This document shows positions 21,845 to 33,035 of a stretch of DNA of 64,000 nt, piece after piece. A program made the position numbers and the translations under genes. The DNA lies in NCBI GenBank assembly GCA_963833985.1, contig CAWIAD010000001.1:3008001-3072000 (forward strand), given 5' to 3'. Position 1 is the stretch's first letter, and each line of letters opens with the position of its first letter. Source of the stretch: an uncultured Planctomycetaceae bacterium. Its GTDB lineage: Bacteria > Planctomycetota > Planctomycetia > Isosphaerales > Isosphaeraceae. The notes beneath the pieces were generated by a model. That model was given only the letters and a program-made list of their open reading frames with translations. It was not told where the DNA came from and searched no databases.

Positions 21845-22684
21845 ATGGAAGCTCACCGGGATGGTCTGGCGCACAGGCTCGGCCGCACGGCGGCCATTGC
21901 AGTGGGACTCGGAGTCGTGCCCTTCCTCTGCGGGGCATCGTTCCGCACCGCCAACTTCGTGGTCGAGGCCCCCAACCAGAACATCGCGCGGACGGTCGCC
22001 GAACACGCCGAGGCCGAGCGCCTGAGCATTGCCCGGGCCTGGCTGGGCCGCGAGCTTCCCGCCTGGAGGACGCCCTGTCCGATCCGGGTCCGGATCACTG
22101 CCGGAGAGGCCGGCGGCCTGACCTCGTTCGGCTTCAATGACGGCCGGGTATCCGACCAGAGCATGGTCGTGGAGGGCCGTCTCGACCGCATCCTGGCCTC
22201 GGCCCTGCCGCACGAGATCACCCATACCATCTTCGCCGCGTACTTCGGCGGCCCGATGCCGCGCTGGGCCGACAAGGGTGCGTCCCTGCTCAGCGAGGAC
22301 GAGCGCGAACGCCGCAGACACGACCAGATCGCCGTGGATCTGCTGGCTCGCCACGGCGAACTGGCGCTGGCGCGGCTGTTCCGGATCGAGGAGTATCCCA
22401 GGGACCTGATGTCGTTCTACGGCCAGGGTTACTCCATCTCGCGGTTCCTCATCGAGATTGGCGGCCGGCCCAGGTTCCTTCAGTTCGTCCGCGACGGCCT
22501 CAAGACCGGCTGGGATGGCGCGACGCTCGACCACTATGGTCTGGCCAACGTCCGCGAGCTGGATCGCGCATGGAGGTCGTGGCACCGCGTCACGCTGACG
22601 GCCGTCACGCAGGGGCCGGACCAGGAAGACCTTGCTTACCGCGACCAGCCCGGCAGCAACTCCGAGCCACCGCCGGAACGCTGA
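21845..22684 (+). CDS. Peptidase MA-like (zincin) domain protein
   Basis: LPHEITH...PRWADKG; N-terminal hydrophobic segment; GGAGGAG RBS. Confidence 0.75.
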   Translation: MEAHRDGLAHRLGRTAAIAVGLGVVPFLCGASFRTANFVVEAPNQNIARTVAEHAEAERLSIARAWLGRELPAWRTPCPIRVRITAGEAGGLTSFGFNDGRVSDQSMVVEGRLDRILASALPHEITHTIFAAYFGGPMPRWADKGASLLSEDERERRRHDQIAVDLLARHGELALARLFRIEEYPRDLMSFYGQGYSISRFLIEIGGRPRFLQFVRDGLKTGWDGATLDHYGLANVRELDRAWRSWHRVTLTAVTQGPDQEDLAYRDQPGSNSEPPPER

Positions 22685-22848
22685 GCGCCGGCGGCGGGCC
22701 ATTTCTTGAGCTCGGTGCTTTCCGGGGCACAACCTGCTCACAGCACCTCTTGCCGCTTTCCCTCCGGGTGTGATCCGGATAGTCTGCTGGTATCTCCTGG
22801 AATGAATCAGTCCCCGGGATCGTTGCAACAACCGAGACGAGCTTCATC

Positions 22849-23397
22849 ATGAAACGGCGGACGTTCTGCGGCGCGGGCGCCGTGGCGGCGACCGGCATGG
22901 TCGCACCGGAAGCGGCCGGAGCGGAGGTCGCGCCGGGGCAGCACATGAGCCTGGTGATCGGCAGCGATCATGCCGGTTTCCCCATGAAGGAACCGGTGAT
23001 CGTGCTGCTGCGCGGCTGGGGCCACACGGTCCATGACGTCGGCACGTACACCGCGGCACCCGTCGACTTTCCGGATATCGCCAGAAAGGTCTGCGGCGAG
23101 ATCGCGACGGGCCGGGCCGCGCGGGGCATCATGGTTTGCGGCACGGGCGTGGGCGCGGCGATCGCCGGGAACAAGGTCCGGGGCATCCGCGCTGCGCTCT
23201 GCCACGACACCTTCTGCGCTCACCAGTGCGTGGAGCACGACAACGTCAATTTGCTCTGCATGGGGGCCTGGATCATCGGCATCAAGCTGGCCGAGGAGGT
23301 CTTGCGGGCCTACCTGAACGCCAGGTTCAGCTCGGATGAGGATTTTCGTCGCCGCGTCAAGAAGCTCGAGGGTCTCGAAGACTTCCGCCCTTCGTGA
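22849..23397 (+). CDS. rpiB: RpiB/LacAB family sugar-phosphate isomerase with N-terminal Tat-like extension (alternative start 22945)
   Basis: IGSDHAG, DFPD, CGTGVG, NKVRGIRAA, EHDNVNLLCMG, RRRVKK. Confidence 0.9.
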   Translation: MKRRTFCGAGAVAATGMVAPEAAGAEVAPGQHMSLVIGSDHAGFPMKEPVIVLLRGWGHTVHDVGTYTAAPVDFPDIARKVCGEIATGRAARGIMVCGTGVGAAIAGNKVRGIRAALCHDTFCAHQCVEHDNVNLLCMGAWIIGIKLAEEVLRAYLNARFSSDEDFRRRVKKLEGLEDFRPS

Positions 23398-23408
23398 GGG
23401 GCACGAAC

Positions 23409-25261
23409 ATGGGGAATCCGCGCGCAAGATCCTGGCTCCCCGTCTTGCTGGCCGCACTGGCGTGGCCGTCCCCGTGCGCGCGGGCGCGCACGTCTGGGAG
23501 AAGCAGGAGCTGACCTTCGCCGCGGCGCGCACCTACACGAACGCCTACACCGAGGCCGTCGTCTGGGTTGAGCTCACCGGACCGCATTTCCAGAAGCGCG
23601 TTTACGGCTTCTGGGACGGCGGCCAGACATTCCGGGTGCGGCTCGCGGCGACGGAGCCGGGAAGGTGGACATGGCGGAGCGATTCAAGCCCGAAGGATGG
23701 CGGCCTGGCGGGTAAGACGGGTGAGTTCGAGGCGGTGCCCTGGAGCGAGCCCGAGAAAAAGGCGAACCCCCTGCGCAGGGGCTTTCTGCGCACGACCGCC
23801 AACCATCACGCCATGGAACACGCCGACGGGACCCCCTATTTCGCCGTGGGCGACACCTGGTGGGCGCTAGGCTCGAACCGGTTCCGCTGGTACGACGACG
23901 AGCGCGAGCGGCCCATCGGGCCAGCGGCCGGGTTCAAGGACTATGTCCGCTTCCGCAAGGCGCAAGGATTCAACTGGGTGAACATGATCGCCGCCTTCGC
24001 AAACTGGATGACCGACGCCCAGCCGTGGCACGTCGTCATGAACGGCCCGGAGCGGACCACCGTGCGCTCGGCCTGGCTCGAGTTTGGAGCCGACAGTGCC
24101 AAGAACATGGACAACGAGGGAGGCCGGCCGTTCCTCTTCCCCGGCAAGGTCCCGGGATACGAGTTCATGTTCCCGGACGTGGACCGGATCAACCCAGCCT
24201 ATTTCCGCGCCATCGATCGCAAGGTCGATTATTTGAACGAGCAGGGATTCGTCCCGTTCGTCGAGGTCGCCCGGCGCGACGCCAGCCTCTGCTGGAAGAA
24301 GTACTACGCATGGCCCGACTCGTACGCGCGGTTCATTCAGTACGTCTGGTCCCGCTACCAGGCGAACAACGCCGTGCTCAGCCCGATTCATCTGGACACG
24401 CTCAGCGAGTCGGTCCGCCCGGCCGATTACCTCGCCGCGATCCGTACCGTCCTGGACCACTTCGGCCCGCCTCCTTTCGGCACGCTGCTCTCGGCCAACT
24501 CGAACCCGTCCACGCTGGAGAACTGGGGCGACAATTCGTGGGTGACGCTGCACCAGACGGGGAACATGCGCGAACACAACAACTACTGGTACCTGGCCGA
24601 GATCTTCCGTTCGCCCCGCCCGCAGCCCGCGCTGAACGGCGAGCCGTATTACTCGGGATACGTCGACGCACGCTCCGTCGGCTACAAGCACGGCGCACCG
24701 GGAGGGACCGAGAAAGACGCCCGGTTCGTGCGTTCGGCAATGTACGGCTCGTTCCTCTCTGGAGGCCTCGCCGGGCATGTCTACGGGGCCGAAGGAATCT
24801 GGGGAGGAGACATAGAGGACCAGGCCCCCGTGAAGATGTGGGACGCCTTCCGGTGGGTCTCCGCCGAACAGATGCGCCACCTGCGCAGCTTCGCGTTCTC
24901 GATCGGCAGACGATACCAGGAGCTGGTCCCCGATGCTGACCTGGTCTCCCCGAACAGGACGCCCGTCTTGCAGTCGTATGAAGGCTGGGCCTACGCCGCC
25001 CGGACGCCGGACAGGGAGATTTTCATGCTCTATTTCGAGCAGGGCTGTCCGCGCAGCGAGGTCCGAAGTGCCATCCCCGATCGCACCTACCGCGCGGAAT
25101 GGCTCGACCCCCGCACCGGGACCTGGCAAAACGCCGGCAGCGGAACGGCGAAGGCCAGCGCGATCGGGACCATCAAGCTGCCCGCTTGCCCGGATGCTCA
25201 GGACTGGGGCCTGCGGCTCATGGTACTTCCGGCCCGGCCTGAACAAGGAGGCTCGAGCTGA
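23409..25261 (+). CDS. DUF5060/DUF4038 (apiosidase-like) putative glycoside hydrolase; apparent frameshift near 23460 in the signal peptide
   Basis: GFWDGGQTFRVR...PGRWTW, HADGTPYFAVGDTWW, RKAQGFN, NPAYF, NGEPYY, GHVYGA, WLDPRTG; ATG 23409 gives a signal-peptide start in another frame. Confidence 0.8.
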
Positions 25262-25303
25262 ATCACATCTTGAAGTGGTAGTCTCCGGTCGACTCCGCGA
25301 GGC

Positions 25304-25921
25304 TCACCGCGTCTCGTAAGGGAGGACGTCCGCGACGGCAACGCATCCGGCCTCGGCATTGTCGATGCTGAGCAAAACCAGGTCCGAAGCGGTATGGACC
25401 GCCCGGCGAGCGTAACCTCCCGCGTCCCGGTCAGGCTCGGAATACGCCTCGATCTGGTTGTCGACGAGGTTCAAGATCCAGTAGACCGGAACACCGCCGC
25501 GGCCGTAGGCCGCCAGTTTATCACCGCGGTCCCTGGCCAGGCTCGTGTCAGCCACTTCAACGACCAGGGCGACGTCATCGGGGCCGGGATGCCTGCGAGC
25601 GTAATGACCTCTCGACCCCCGAACGACCACGATGTCCGGCTCCGGCTCATCGTATTCGGAGACGCGCAGGGGGTTCTGTTCGCGGATGTACCAGCCCTCG
25701 GGCAAGAGGGCCTCAAGTGCCCCCGCAACGAGCTCGCACGCACTGACATGTCGCGGCTTCTTGACCATCTTTTTGACCAGCAATCCGTTGATCAGCTCGA
25801 TCTGCGGAACTTCGGGCGTATCTGACCCGGCCATGCGCTCATACTCATCCACCGTGATGCGGTGCAGATCGCCGAGCGTGATTGCCTGGAAACCGTGAAC
25901 CGTCGTCGAAGCCGCGGCCAT
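25304..25921 (-). CDS. Uma2 family endonuclease
   Basis: ELING, EPEPDIVVV, LVVEVADTSLARDR, KLAAY, YWILNL. Confidence 0.92.
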   Translation of the reverse strand: MAAASTTVHGFQAITLGDLHRITVDEYERMAGSDTPEVPQIELINGLLVKKMVKKPRHVSACELVAGALEALLPEGWYIREQNPLRVSEYDEPEPDIVVVRGSRGHYARRHPGPDDVALVVEVADTSLARDRGDKLAAYGRGGVPVYWILNLVDNQIEAYSEPDRDAGGYARRAVHTASDLVLLSIDNAEAGCVAVADVLPYETR

Positions 25922-25934
25922 GGTCGATTCCTCA

Positions 25935-27569
25935 TCAAGAAACTACCGGCAACTGCATGAAGAAGTCGTTCCCCTTGTCATCGACCAGGATGAATGCGGG
26001 GAAGTCGACGACCTCGATCTTGTAGACGGCTTCCATGCCCAGCTCGGGATATTCCAGCAGCTCTACCTTCTTGATGTTCTCCTGGGCCAGGATCGCGGCC
26101 GGGCCGCCGATCGAGCCGAGGTAGAACCCGCCGTGCTTCTTGCAGGCGTCGGTCACCTGCTTCGAGCGGTTCCCCTTGGCGATCATGATCCTGGACCCGC
26201 CGTGCGCCTGGAACAGGTCGACGTAGCTGTCCATGCGCCCTGCCGTGGTGGGGCCGAACGAGCCGGAGGGCAGGCCCTCGGGAGTCTTGGCCGGGCCCGC
26301 GTAGTACACGGGATGCTTCTTGAGATAGTCCGGCATTCCTTCCCCGCGGTCGATCCGCTCCTTGATCCGGGCGTGCGCGATATCGCGCGCCACGACGATG
26401 GTCCCCGTGAGCTTGAGCGGCGTCGAGGTCGGGTACTTCGAAAGCTCCGCCAGGACCTCGTCCATCGGGCGGTTGAGGTCGATGTCCACGCCGTGCTGGT
26501 GGCCCGGGCCAGTGCGATACTCGGCCGGAATGAATCGGGCCGGTTCGCGCTCGAGGGCTTCCAGCCAGAGGCCGTCGCGATCGATCCGGGCCTTGATGTT
26601 GCGGTCTGCCGAGCAGGAGACGCCCAGACCCACCGGGCAGCTCGCGCCGTGGCGCGGCAGGCGGACCACCCGGGCATCGAGCGCGAAGTACTTGCCGCCG
26701 AACTGGGCGCCGATGCCGCTCTTGCGGGCCAGCTCCATCACCTTGTCCTCGAGCGCCAGGTCGCGGAAGGCCTGGCCCAGGCGGTTCCCCTCGGTGGGCA
26801 GCGTGTCCAGATAACCCGCGCTGGCCAGCTTGACCGTCTTCATCGTCGCCTCGGCCGAGGTCCCGCCAATCACCACTGCAAGGTGGTAAGGCGGGCATGC
26901 GGCCGTGCCCAGCGAGCGCAGCTTCTCCTGCAAGAACTTCTCCAGGTTGGCCGGGTTCAGAAGCGCCTTGGTTTCCTGGAAGAGCATCGACTTGTTGGCC
27001 GACCCGCCACCCTTGGCCACGAAGAGGAACTCATAGCTCCCGCCCGGTGTGGCGAAGATGTCGATCTGGGCCGGCAGGTTGGTGCCCGAGTTGATCTCCT
27101 CGTACATCGAGACAGGGATGGTCTGCGAATAGCGGAGGTTCTCTTTCTGATAGGTCTCGAAGATGCCCCGCGACAGCCACTCCTCATCCTTGATGCCGCC
27201 GGTCCAGACTCGCTGTCCTTTCTTGGCGATGACGGTCGCCGTGCCCGTGTCCTGGCACATGGGGAGCTGGAAGCCAGAGGCCACCGCGGCATTGCGCAGG
27301 AGTGCCAGGGCGACGCCGCGGTCGTTCTGCGATGCCTCCGGGTCTTTCAGGATCGCCGCAACCTTGGCAAGGTGCGCCGGGCGGTACAGGAAGGACACGT
27401 CGCGCAAGGCCTCACGCGCCACCAGCGCAAGTGCCTCGGGCTTGACCTTGACGATCTCCTGCCCCTCGAACATGGCGATCGAGACAAGATCACTCGGCGC
27501 TTCCAGGCGGCGGTACGTGGTCGACTCGGGTCCCAGGGGAAACGGGGGCTGATAGGCGAACTCGGGCAT
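25935..27569 (-). CDS. fumA: Class I fumarate hydratase (Fe-S)
   Basis: [52 protein letters not shown]. Confidence 0.97.
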   Translation of the reverse strand: MPEFAYQPPFPLGPESTTYRRLEAPSDLVSIAMFEGQEIVKVKPEALALVAREALRDVSFLYRPAHLAKVAAILKDPEASQNDRGVALALLRNAAVASGFQLPMCQDTGTATVIAKKGQRVWTGGIKDEEWLSRGIFETYQKENLRYSQTIPVSMYEEINSGTNLPAQIDIFATPGGSYEFLFVAKGGGSANKSMLFQETKALLNPANLEKFLQEKLRSLGTAACPPYHLAVVIGGTSAEATMKTVKLASAGYLDTLPTEGNRLGQAFRDLALEDKVMELARKSGIGAQFGGKYFALDARVVRLPRHGASCPVGLGVSCSADRNIKARIDRDGLWLEALEREPARFIPAEYRTGPGHQHGVDIDLNRPMDEVLAELSKYPTSTPLKLTGTIVVARDIAHARIKERIDRGEGMPDYLKKHPVYYAGPAKTPEGLPSGSFGPTTAGRMDSYVDLFQAHGGSRIMIAKGNRSKQVTDACKKHGGFYLGSIGGPAAILAQENIKKVELLEYPELGMEAVYKIEVVDFPAFILVDDKGNDFFMQLPVVS

Positions 27570-27759
27570 CGTTGGCTCCTATCCAGGCATGCCCGGCGGA
27601 GCGTCTCGTCCGCCGGCGTCGTGCAGTTGTGGGAGCCTTATTGTAACACGATTTGAGCCCAGAAGGCTGGACGGAGATAGGTGAGAGCGGGCTTGAGCGG
27701 CGACAGGAGCAGCCTGCATCCGGGAACGCCGCTCGCTCTCTCAACAGCGCCGTGGCTGG

Positions 27760-28428
27760 CTAGCCTTCCAGCTCCAGTGTGGCCCACATGCTGGGGTTCT
27801 CGCCGATCGGGAAATCGCGGCCAACGCCCAGGAACTGGTCCTCGCGCTCGTGGTCGGTCACCTGGTAGGCAAAGCCGAGCCGGCGGTTGGTATCGGGGTC
27901 GAATCCGTGCAGCGCGGCCGCGGGCAGGAAGATTTCCAGCCGCCAGCCAGACCGGCTGAGCTCCGCGCGCGATGAGAGGACCTCCGGCGAGCACAGCGGC
28001 GCGTCGGCGAGCGCCCGGGCGATGGCCCGCTGGCCAAGCTCCACGTTCAGGCTCTTGCGATCTCGGCCCAGTTTCAGGCGGGCCGAGAAGCGATGGCAAA
28101 ACCGCGTGGCACGGCTCACGTTGCGCGTGTCGCGCGTGTCGATCCAGAGGTTCACGTCGGCGAAACCCTCGGGCCGATCCCCACCCTGCGCCGGACGGCT
28201 GGCCGACCCATCGGCGTGGATGGAGATACCAAGCCCCCCGGGGTTCCAGCCCGCGCGTACCGACGCCCAGGACGCGCGGTAGTCCAGCGCCGCGAGGTCC
28301 GGCAGCGTGCAGCTCGCAGGCAGGTCGAGCAACCCTGCGGACGCGGAACACCGCGGTAGCTCCGCAACACGAGGACACCCGGCACTCAGCCGGAACCAGA
28401 ACGCCTGGGGCAGCAAGACCTTGGACAT
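27760..28428 (-). CDS. Hypothetical protein, possibly CBM9/DOMON-like fold
   Basis: Coherent ORF (LWIDTRDTRNVSRATRFCHRF, WRLEIFLP, LGFAYQVTD, NPSMWATLEL). Confidence 0.65.
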   Translation of the reverse strand: MSKVLLPQAFWFRLSAGCPRVAELPRCSASAGLLDLPASCTLPDLAALDYRASWASVRAGWNPGGLGISIHADGSASRPAQGGDRPEGFADVNLWIDTRDTRNVSRATRFCHRFSARLKLGRDRKSLNVELGQRAIARALADAPLCSPEVLSSRAELSRSGWRLEIFLPAAALHGFDPDTNRRLGFAYQVTDHEREDQFLGVGRDFPIGENPSMWATLELEG

Positions 28429-28474
28429 CGCGCAGCTCCCGGACCGCACTTCACGCCACCCAGACAGCGCCCGC

Positions 28475-28801
28475 TCACTCGAACGTGGAATCCACGAAGG
28501 GCTTTGGCTTGGAAAAGGAGATCGGCCTTGTCAACCCGCCCAGGATCGCGCTGGCACCCAGTCCCACCAGCAGAAATGCCAGGCTGTATCGGGAGAGGAC
28601 CCAGACGCCGAGGAACGCGAGCCAGAACCCGGCCGCCACGCCAACCCAGAATCGGTCCTCGAGCCAGCCTTTCGCAAGGCTGCTGAGGGCGACGACGAAG
28701 AGGATGCCGGGCCACCAGAACCCTGTGGCGAACAGGACGCCCAGGCCGATCAGCCAGATTCCCATGATCACGCTGCGTCGCTGGGAACAACCTGATTGCA
28801 T
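28475..28801 (-). CDS. Small hypothetical membrane protein
   Basis: 108 aa with about four hydrophobic helices ([17 protein letters not shown]); GGAG RBS. Confidence 0.7.
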   Translation of the reverse strand: MQSGCSQRRSVIMGIWLIGLGVLFATGFWWPGILFVVALSSLAKGWLEDRFWVGVAAGFWLAFLGVWVLSRYSLAFLLVGLGASAILGGLTRPISFSKPKPFVDSTFE

Positions 28802-29017
28802 GCTATTTACTCCATCTCAACCAGGACGCGAGCAACGGCTTTCACACCGTTCGTCCCTGGGGGCATTTCGCCGCCAGCATGCCATTATTGTGCTGCCAAG
28901 TCAGGGGGAATCCTGTGCGGCCTGCCCGCCTTCCAGCCCGCCCGCTCGTCTGGCCCCGGTGGCCCGGGCGGATGCACCGAGTCGTGGCCACGGTGGGAGC
29001 TTGCCGGCCGGAGGCGT

Positions 29018-29485
29018 TCAGAGTTCCAGCATCCTCAGCAGGTTGACCATCTCGATGGCTGCCAGGGCGGCATCGGCGCCCTTGTTGCCCGATTTGAGCC
29101 CTGCCCGGTTGAGCGCCTGCTCGACGGTCTCGGTGGTGAGGATGCCGAAGATGACCGGGACCCCGGCGGCCTGGGCGGCGTTCATGACGCCCGCGGCCGC
29201 CTGGCCGGCGACGTGGTCGTAATGGCCGGTTTCACCCCGGATCACGCAGCCGAGGCAGATGACGGCGGCGTAGCGCTGGCTTTCGGCGAGCTTCCGGGCC
29301 ACCAGAGGGATCTCGAACGAGCCGGGCACCCAGACGAGGTCCACCCGGTCCCCGGCCACGCCGTGCCGCGAGAGCGTATCGAGACAGCTTGCGCAGAGTG
29401 CCTCGGTGACCAGGGAGTTGAACCGTGCGGCCACGATCGCGAACCGGCCCGGGGGCGTGGAGAAATCTCCTTCGAACTTCGCCAT
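29018..29485 (-). CDS. ribH: 6,7-dimethyl-8-ribityllumazine synthase
   Basis: [40 protein letters not shown]. Confidence 0.97.
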   Translation of the reverse strand: MAKFEGDFSTPPGRFAIVAARFNSLVTEALCASCLDTLSRHGVAGDRVDLVWVPGSFEIPLVARKLAESQRYAAVICLGCVIRGETGHYDHVAGQAAAGVMNAAQAAGVPVIFGILTTETVEQALNRAGLKSGNKGADAALAAIEMVNLLRMLEL

Positions 29486-29586
29486 CAGTCGTTCGGGCCG
29501 GGCTCATGGAGGTGGGCCGGTGATGCGCCAGCGCAGGACTCGATGGCTCGTCACGCAACCCGCCCCCCGCGGCCCACTCCCGTTTC

Positions 29587-31491
29587 TCAGGTCAGGTTCA
29601 TTGCCATCAGGAATTCGGCATTGGTCTTGGACTTCTTCATGCGGCCGGTGAGCAGCTCCATGGCCTCCACCGAGTTCATGTCGTTGAGCACGCGGCGGAG
29701 GATCCAGACGCGCCGCAACTCCTCGGCGTCCATGAGCAGTTCCTCGCGGCGTGTGCCGGACTTGTTCACGTCGATGGCCGGCCAGACGCGCTTCTCGACG
29801 AGGCGCCGGTCAAGGTGCAGCTCCATGTTGCCGGTGCCCTTGAACTCCTCGAAGATCACGTCGTCCATGCGGCTGCCGGTATCGACCAGGGCGGTCGCCA
29901 GGATGGTCAGCGAGCCGGCTTCCTCGATCTTGCGGGCCGCGCCGAAGAACCGCTTGGGCTTCTGCAAGGCCGAGGCGTCGATGCCGCCGGTGAGGATCTT
30001 GCCGGAGTGCGGGGCCTCGGTGTTGTAGGCTCGGGCCAGCCGCGTGATCGAGTCCAGCAGGATGACCACGTCCTTGCCGTACTCGACCATCCGCTTGGCC
30101 TTCTCGATGACCATCTCGGCCACCTGGATGTGCCGGGAGGCCGGCTCGTCGAAGGTGGAGCTGATCACCTCGGCGGTCGGGCCCTTCACCGAGCGCTCCA
30201 TGTCGGTGACTTCCTCCGGCCGTTCGTCGATCAGCAGGACCATGACGTAGGCGTCGGGATGGTTCGCCAGCACGCTGTTGGCGATCTTTTGAAGCAGGAT
30301 CGTCTTGCCGGTGCGGGGAGGGGCCACGATCAGCCCGCGCTGGCCGAAGCCGATGGGCGTGACCAGGTCGACCACGCGCATGTTGATCTCGTCGTTACCG
30401 TTCTCGAGCCGGATGCGGCCCTGGGGGTGCAGCGGAGTGAGGTCGTCGAAGCAGACCTTCTCGCTCAGCTTGTCTGGGTCTTCGAAGTTGATGGCCTCGA
30501 CGCGCAGCAAGGCGAAGTAGCGCTCGTTCTCCTTGGGGGGCCGGATCTGGCCGGAGACGATGGCCCCGGTCTTCAGTCCGAACCGGCGGATCTGGCTGGG
30601 CGAGACGTAAATGTCGTCGGGACAGGGGAGGTAGTTGTAGTCCGGGCTGCGCAGGAAGCCGAAGCCGTCGGGCAGGACCTCGAGCGTCCCCTCGCCGTAC
30701 ATCAGGCCGTTCTGCTTGACCCGTTCCTTGAGGATCTTGAAGATCAGGTCTTGCTTCTTCAAACCCATGTAGTCGGTGATGCCCTCGGTCTTGGCCGTGC
30801 GGATGAGCTGAGGCATCGTCATCTTCTGAAGCTCGGTGAGATGGATCTCGCCGCGCTTGATGTCCTCGTAGCGGTCGTGAATGGCCGCGTCGCCGAAGAT
30901 GTCCTCGTCCTCGATGTCCGGAAAGCCCTCGGCGGGAAACTCCTGCTGGGTGAAGGGTGCAGGCGCCGGGCGTTCGGGGCGGGCTGGCGGGGTGTAGTCG
31001 CGATCGCGGTTGTTGAAAGACGCATCCCGGTCATAGCGCTCGCGGTGGTTGGCCGGTGCATCGAACTCACGGTTGCGGTCGCGGATCACCGGGGCGCCCT
31101 CACGGTCGCGATCGCGCTCGCGGCTGACGGGCAGCCCTTCATGGTGGGCCGTGCCGCCGTCGCGTTCGGCGCGGTCGCGCGCCAGCCGCTCGCGGATGGA
31201 CATGCCGGGCTCGCGATCGGTCCGTTCCCGGATCGGCTCGCGCTCGCGGACGAAGCGGATCGGCTCGCGGTCGGCCGGGCCTTCCTCGCGGTAAGTCTCG
31301 CGGGCGGGCCGCTCGCGGTAGGTCTGCTCCGCGGCAGGCGGCGGCGCGTCGGCGGGGCCGCTGTGCCCTGGGGGCGGAGCCTGGGACGAACCGGCATTGT
31401 CATCGGAGACGGGCGGCGAGGTGGGCGAGGACGACTTGCGAAGGCGGGAGGTTCCGGAATTCTCCCGGCGGGGACGGGTCTCGTTCGGCAT
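29587..31491 (-). CDS. rho: Transcription termination factor Rho with long N-terminal extension
   Basis: [65 protein letters not shown]. Confidence 0.98.
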   Translation of the reverse strand: MPNETRPRRENSGTSRLRKSSSPTSPPVSDDNAGSSQAPPPGHSGPADAPPPAAEQTYRERPARETYREEGPADREPIRFVREREPIRERTDREPGMSIRERLARDRAERDGGTAHHEGLPVSRERDRDREGAPVIRDRNREFDAPANHRERYDRDASFNNRDRDYTPPARPERPAPAPFTQQEFPAEGFPDIEDEDIFGDAAIHDRYEDIKRGEIHLTELQKMTMPQLIRTAKTEGITDYMGLKKQDLIFKILKERVKQNGLMYGEGTLEVLPDGFGFLRSPDYNYLPCPDDIYVSPSQIRRFGLKTGAIVSGQIRPPKENERYFALLRVEAINFEDPDKLSEKVCFDDLTPLHPQGRIRLENGNDEINMRVVDLVTPIGFGQRGLIVAPPRTGKTILLQKIANSVLANHPDAYVMVLLIDERPEEVTDMERSVKGPTAEVISSTFDEPASRHIQVAEMVIEKAKRMVEYGKDVVILLDSITRLARAYNTEAPHSGKILTGGIDASALQKPKRFFGAARKIEEAGSLTILATALVDTGSRMDDVIFEEFKGTGNMELHLDRRLVEKRVWPAIDVNKSGTRREELLMDAEELRRVWILRRVLNDMNSVEAMELLTGRMKKSKTNAEFLMAMNLT

Positions 31492-31833
31492 GATGCTCCA
31501 TTCTCCTGTTCAAACGAAATCTGTGATTCTGTCGAGCCGGGAGATCAAGACGGGGCTCGATGCGGGGCGAAGCCTTCCTGAAAGACCTGGACCGTATCGC
31601 GGACGGGATTGGCCGTTCATGGCCGGAAAGCTGGGCCACCGCGCGGACTTGGATGAAAAACGGAAAAAAAACGTTGAGCCAGGGTCGTTCATCTTCAGGT
31701 CGGAAACAAGAATGACCATTCCAGAAGAGCGCCGCCCGATCAGCGTCTCTTCAGTGTAGGCGAGCGGGCAATCACGTCATCGCATGACATCGGGCAATTC
31801 GCTCGGAGCGGGAACGGCGTGGCCGGCATGGGC

Positions 31834-32562
31834 TCATCGGCCCGGCGCGAGGCCGTCCCGGGAAGCCTGGCTCGCGGGCGGGCGGCCGATCAGCTTCCAG
31901 AACCAGCAATCCACATCTTGATCGAGGTCATCGAGGCTCGTTTCGTTGGAGATGACCACGTCGGCCCTGTCAAGCTTGCGCTGGCGGGGCCACTGGGCTG
32001 CCTCCCGAGCGTCCAGCACCTGCTCGCTCCAGCCGCGGCTCTGATACACCCGCGCCAGGCGCATCGAACGCGGCGCCTCGACGTGGAGCACAACGTCGCA
32101 AAGTCGATCCCAGCCGGCTTCCAGCAGAATCGCCGCGTCCAGCACGACGGCCGGCGCCTTGCCCTGTTGGGTCTGGCGGTCAATCAGCTCTTCGAACCGA
32201 GCGAACATCCGCGGGTGAACGATGGATTCCAGGTCGCGCAGGGCGTTCCGGTCGGCAAAGACGATGGCTGCCAGTGCCCGGCGATCCACCCGCCCGGTCA
32301 GCCCGGCCACACCTGCCGGATGAGCTTCCACGCACGCGCCGAAGCGGTCAATCACCCGGCAGCGAACGTCGGGCTCTTCCAGAACCAGATGGCCAACCAT
32401 GTCCGCATCGATGACCACGGCCCCACGCCGCTGGAGCAGGCCCGCCACCTGGCTCTTGCCAGCGCCGATCTCGCCGGTCAAACCGATCACGGGAACCGAA
32501 TCGTTTTTCCAACGGCCCGGCAACTCCGTCAACCCGGTCGCTTGGGCAATGGTCGCAGACAT
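31834..32562 (-). CDS. coaE: Dephospho-CoA kinase (start approximate)
   Basis: VIGLTGEIGAGKS, IDAD, DRRALAAIVF, LESIVHP, LDAAILLE. Confidence 0.93.
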   Translation of the reverse strand: MSATIAQATGLTELPGRWKNDSVPVIGLTGEIGAGKSQVAGLLQRRGAVVIDADMVGHLVLEEPDVRCRVIDRFGACVEAHPAGVAGLTGRVDRRALAAIVFADRNALRDLESIVHPRMFARFEELIDRQTQQGKAPAVVLDAAILLEAGWDRLCDVVLHVEAPRSMRLARVYQSRGWSEQVLDAREAAQWPRQRKLDRADVVISNETSLDDLDQDVDCWFWKLIGRPPASQASRDGLAPGR

Positions 32563-33035
32563 CGTATTCCTGAATGCAAGCGAGTCGTTCGCCGAGATTG
32601 CGCCAGCACGCCCGGTCTGGCTGATCAACGGCCGCGGGCGGCCCGCTCCCTTCATCCCAGGAACCACCGCTCGTTGATCAAGTGAGGCATCGCCGCGTGA
32701 ATGACTTCACCCGTGAGATTCGTACGAACTACGGAGATCAGACATTCGCGCCGGGGGCCTCCTGGACAAGGCCATGCGCACGCGTGATCAAGCAGGTGGG
32801 GTCCTGGTGGTACTGGGTATCGTCATCTCCCGTCCCGTGCAGTTTTTCAGGGGTAAATTCGCGGGAGGGAAATGATGCGGGTGACGGGTAATCGCCAGTC
32901 TCGGCAGCCGATCCGTTTCGATCGATCTCTTATCTTATACGTCATGCAGGCACCGCCTGCAATGGGCCTTCGCACATTTGACTCGAAATATTCAGGCTTC
33001 TCATCGGCACGACACGCCGCCGGCCTTTACCGGTC

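Noticed and set aside
25304..25921. Uma2 nuclease as a defence system
   Set aside because: Stand-alone; this family is commonly multi-copy in planctomycetes; no partner genes.
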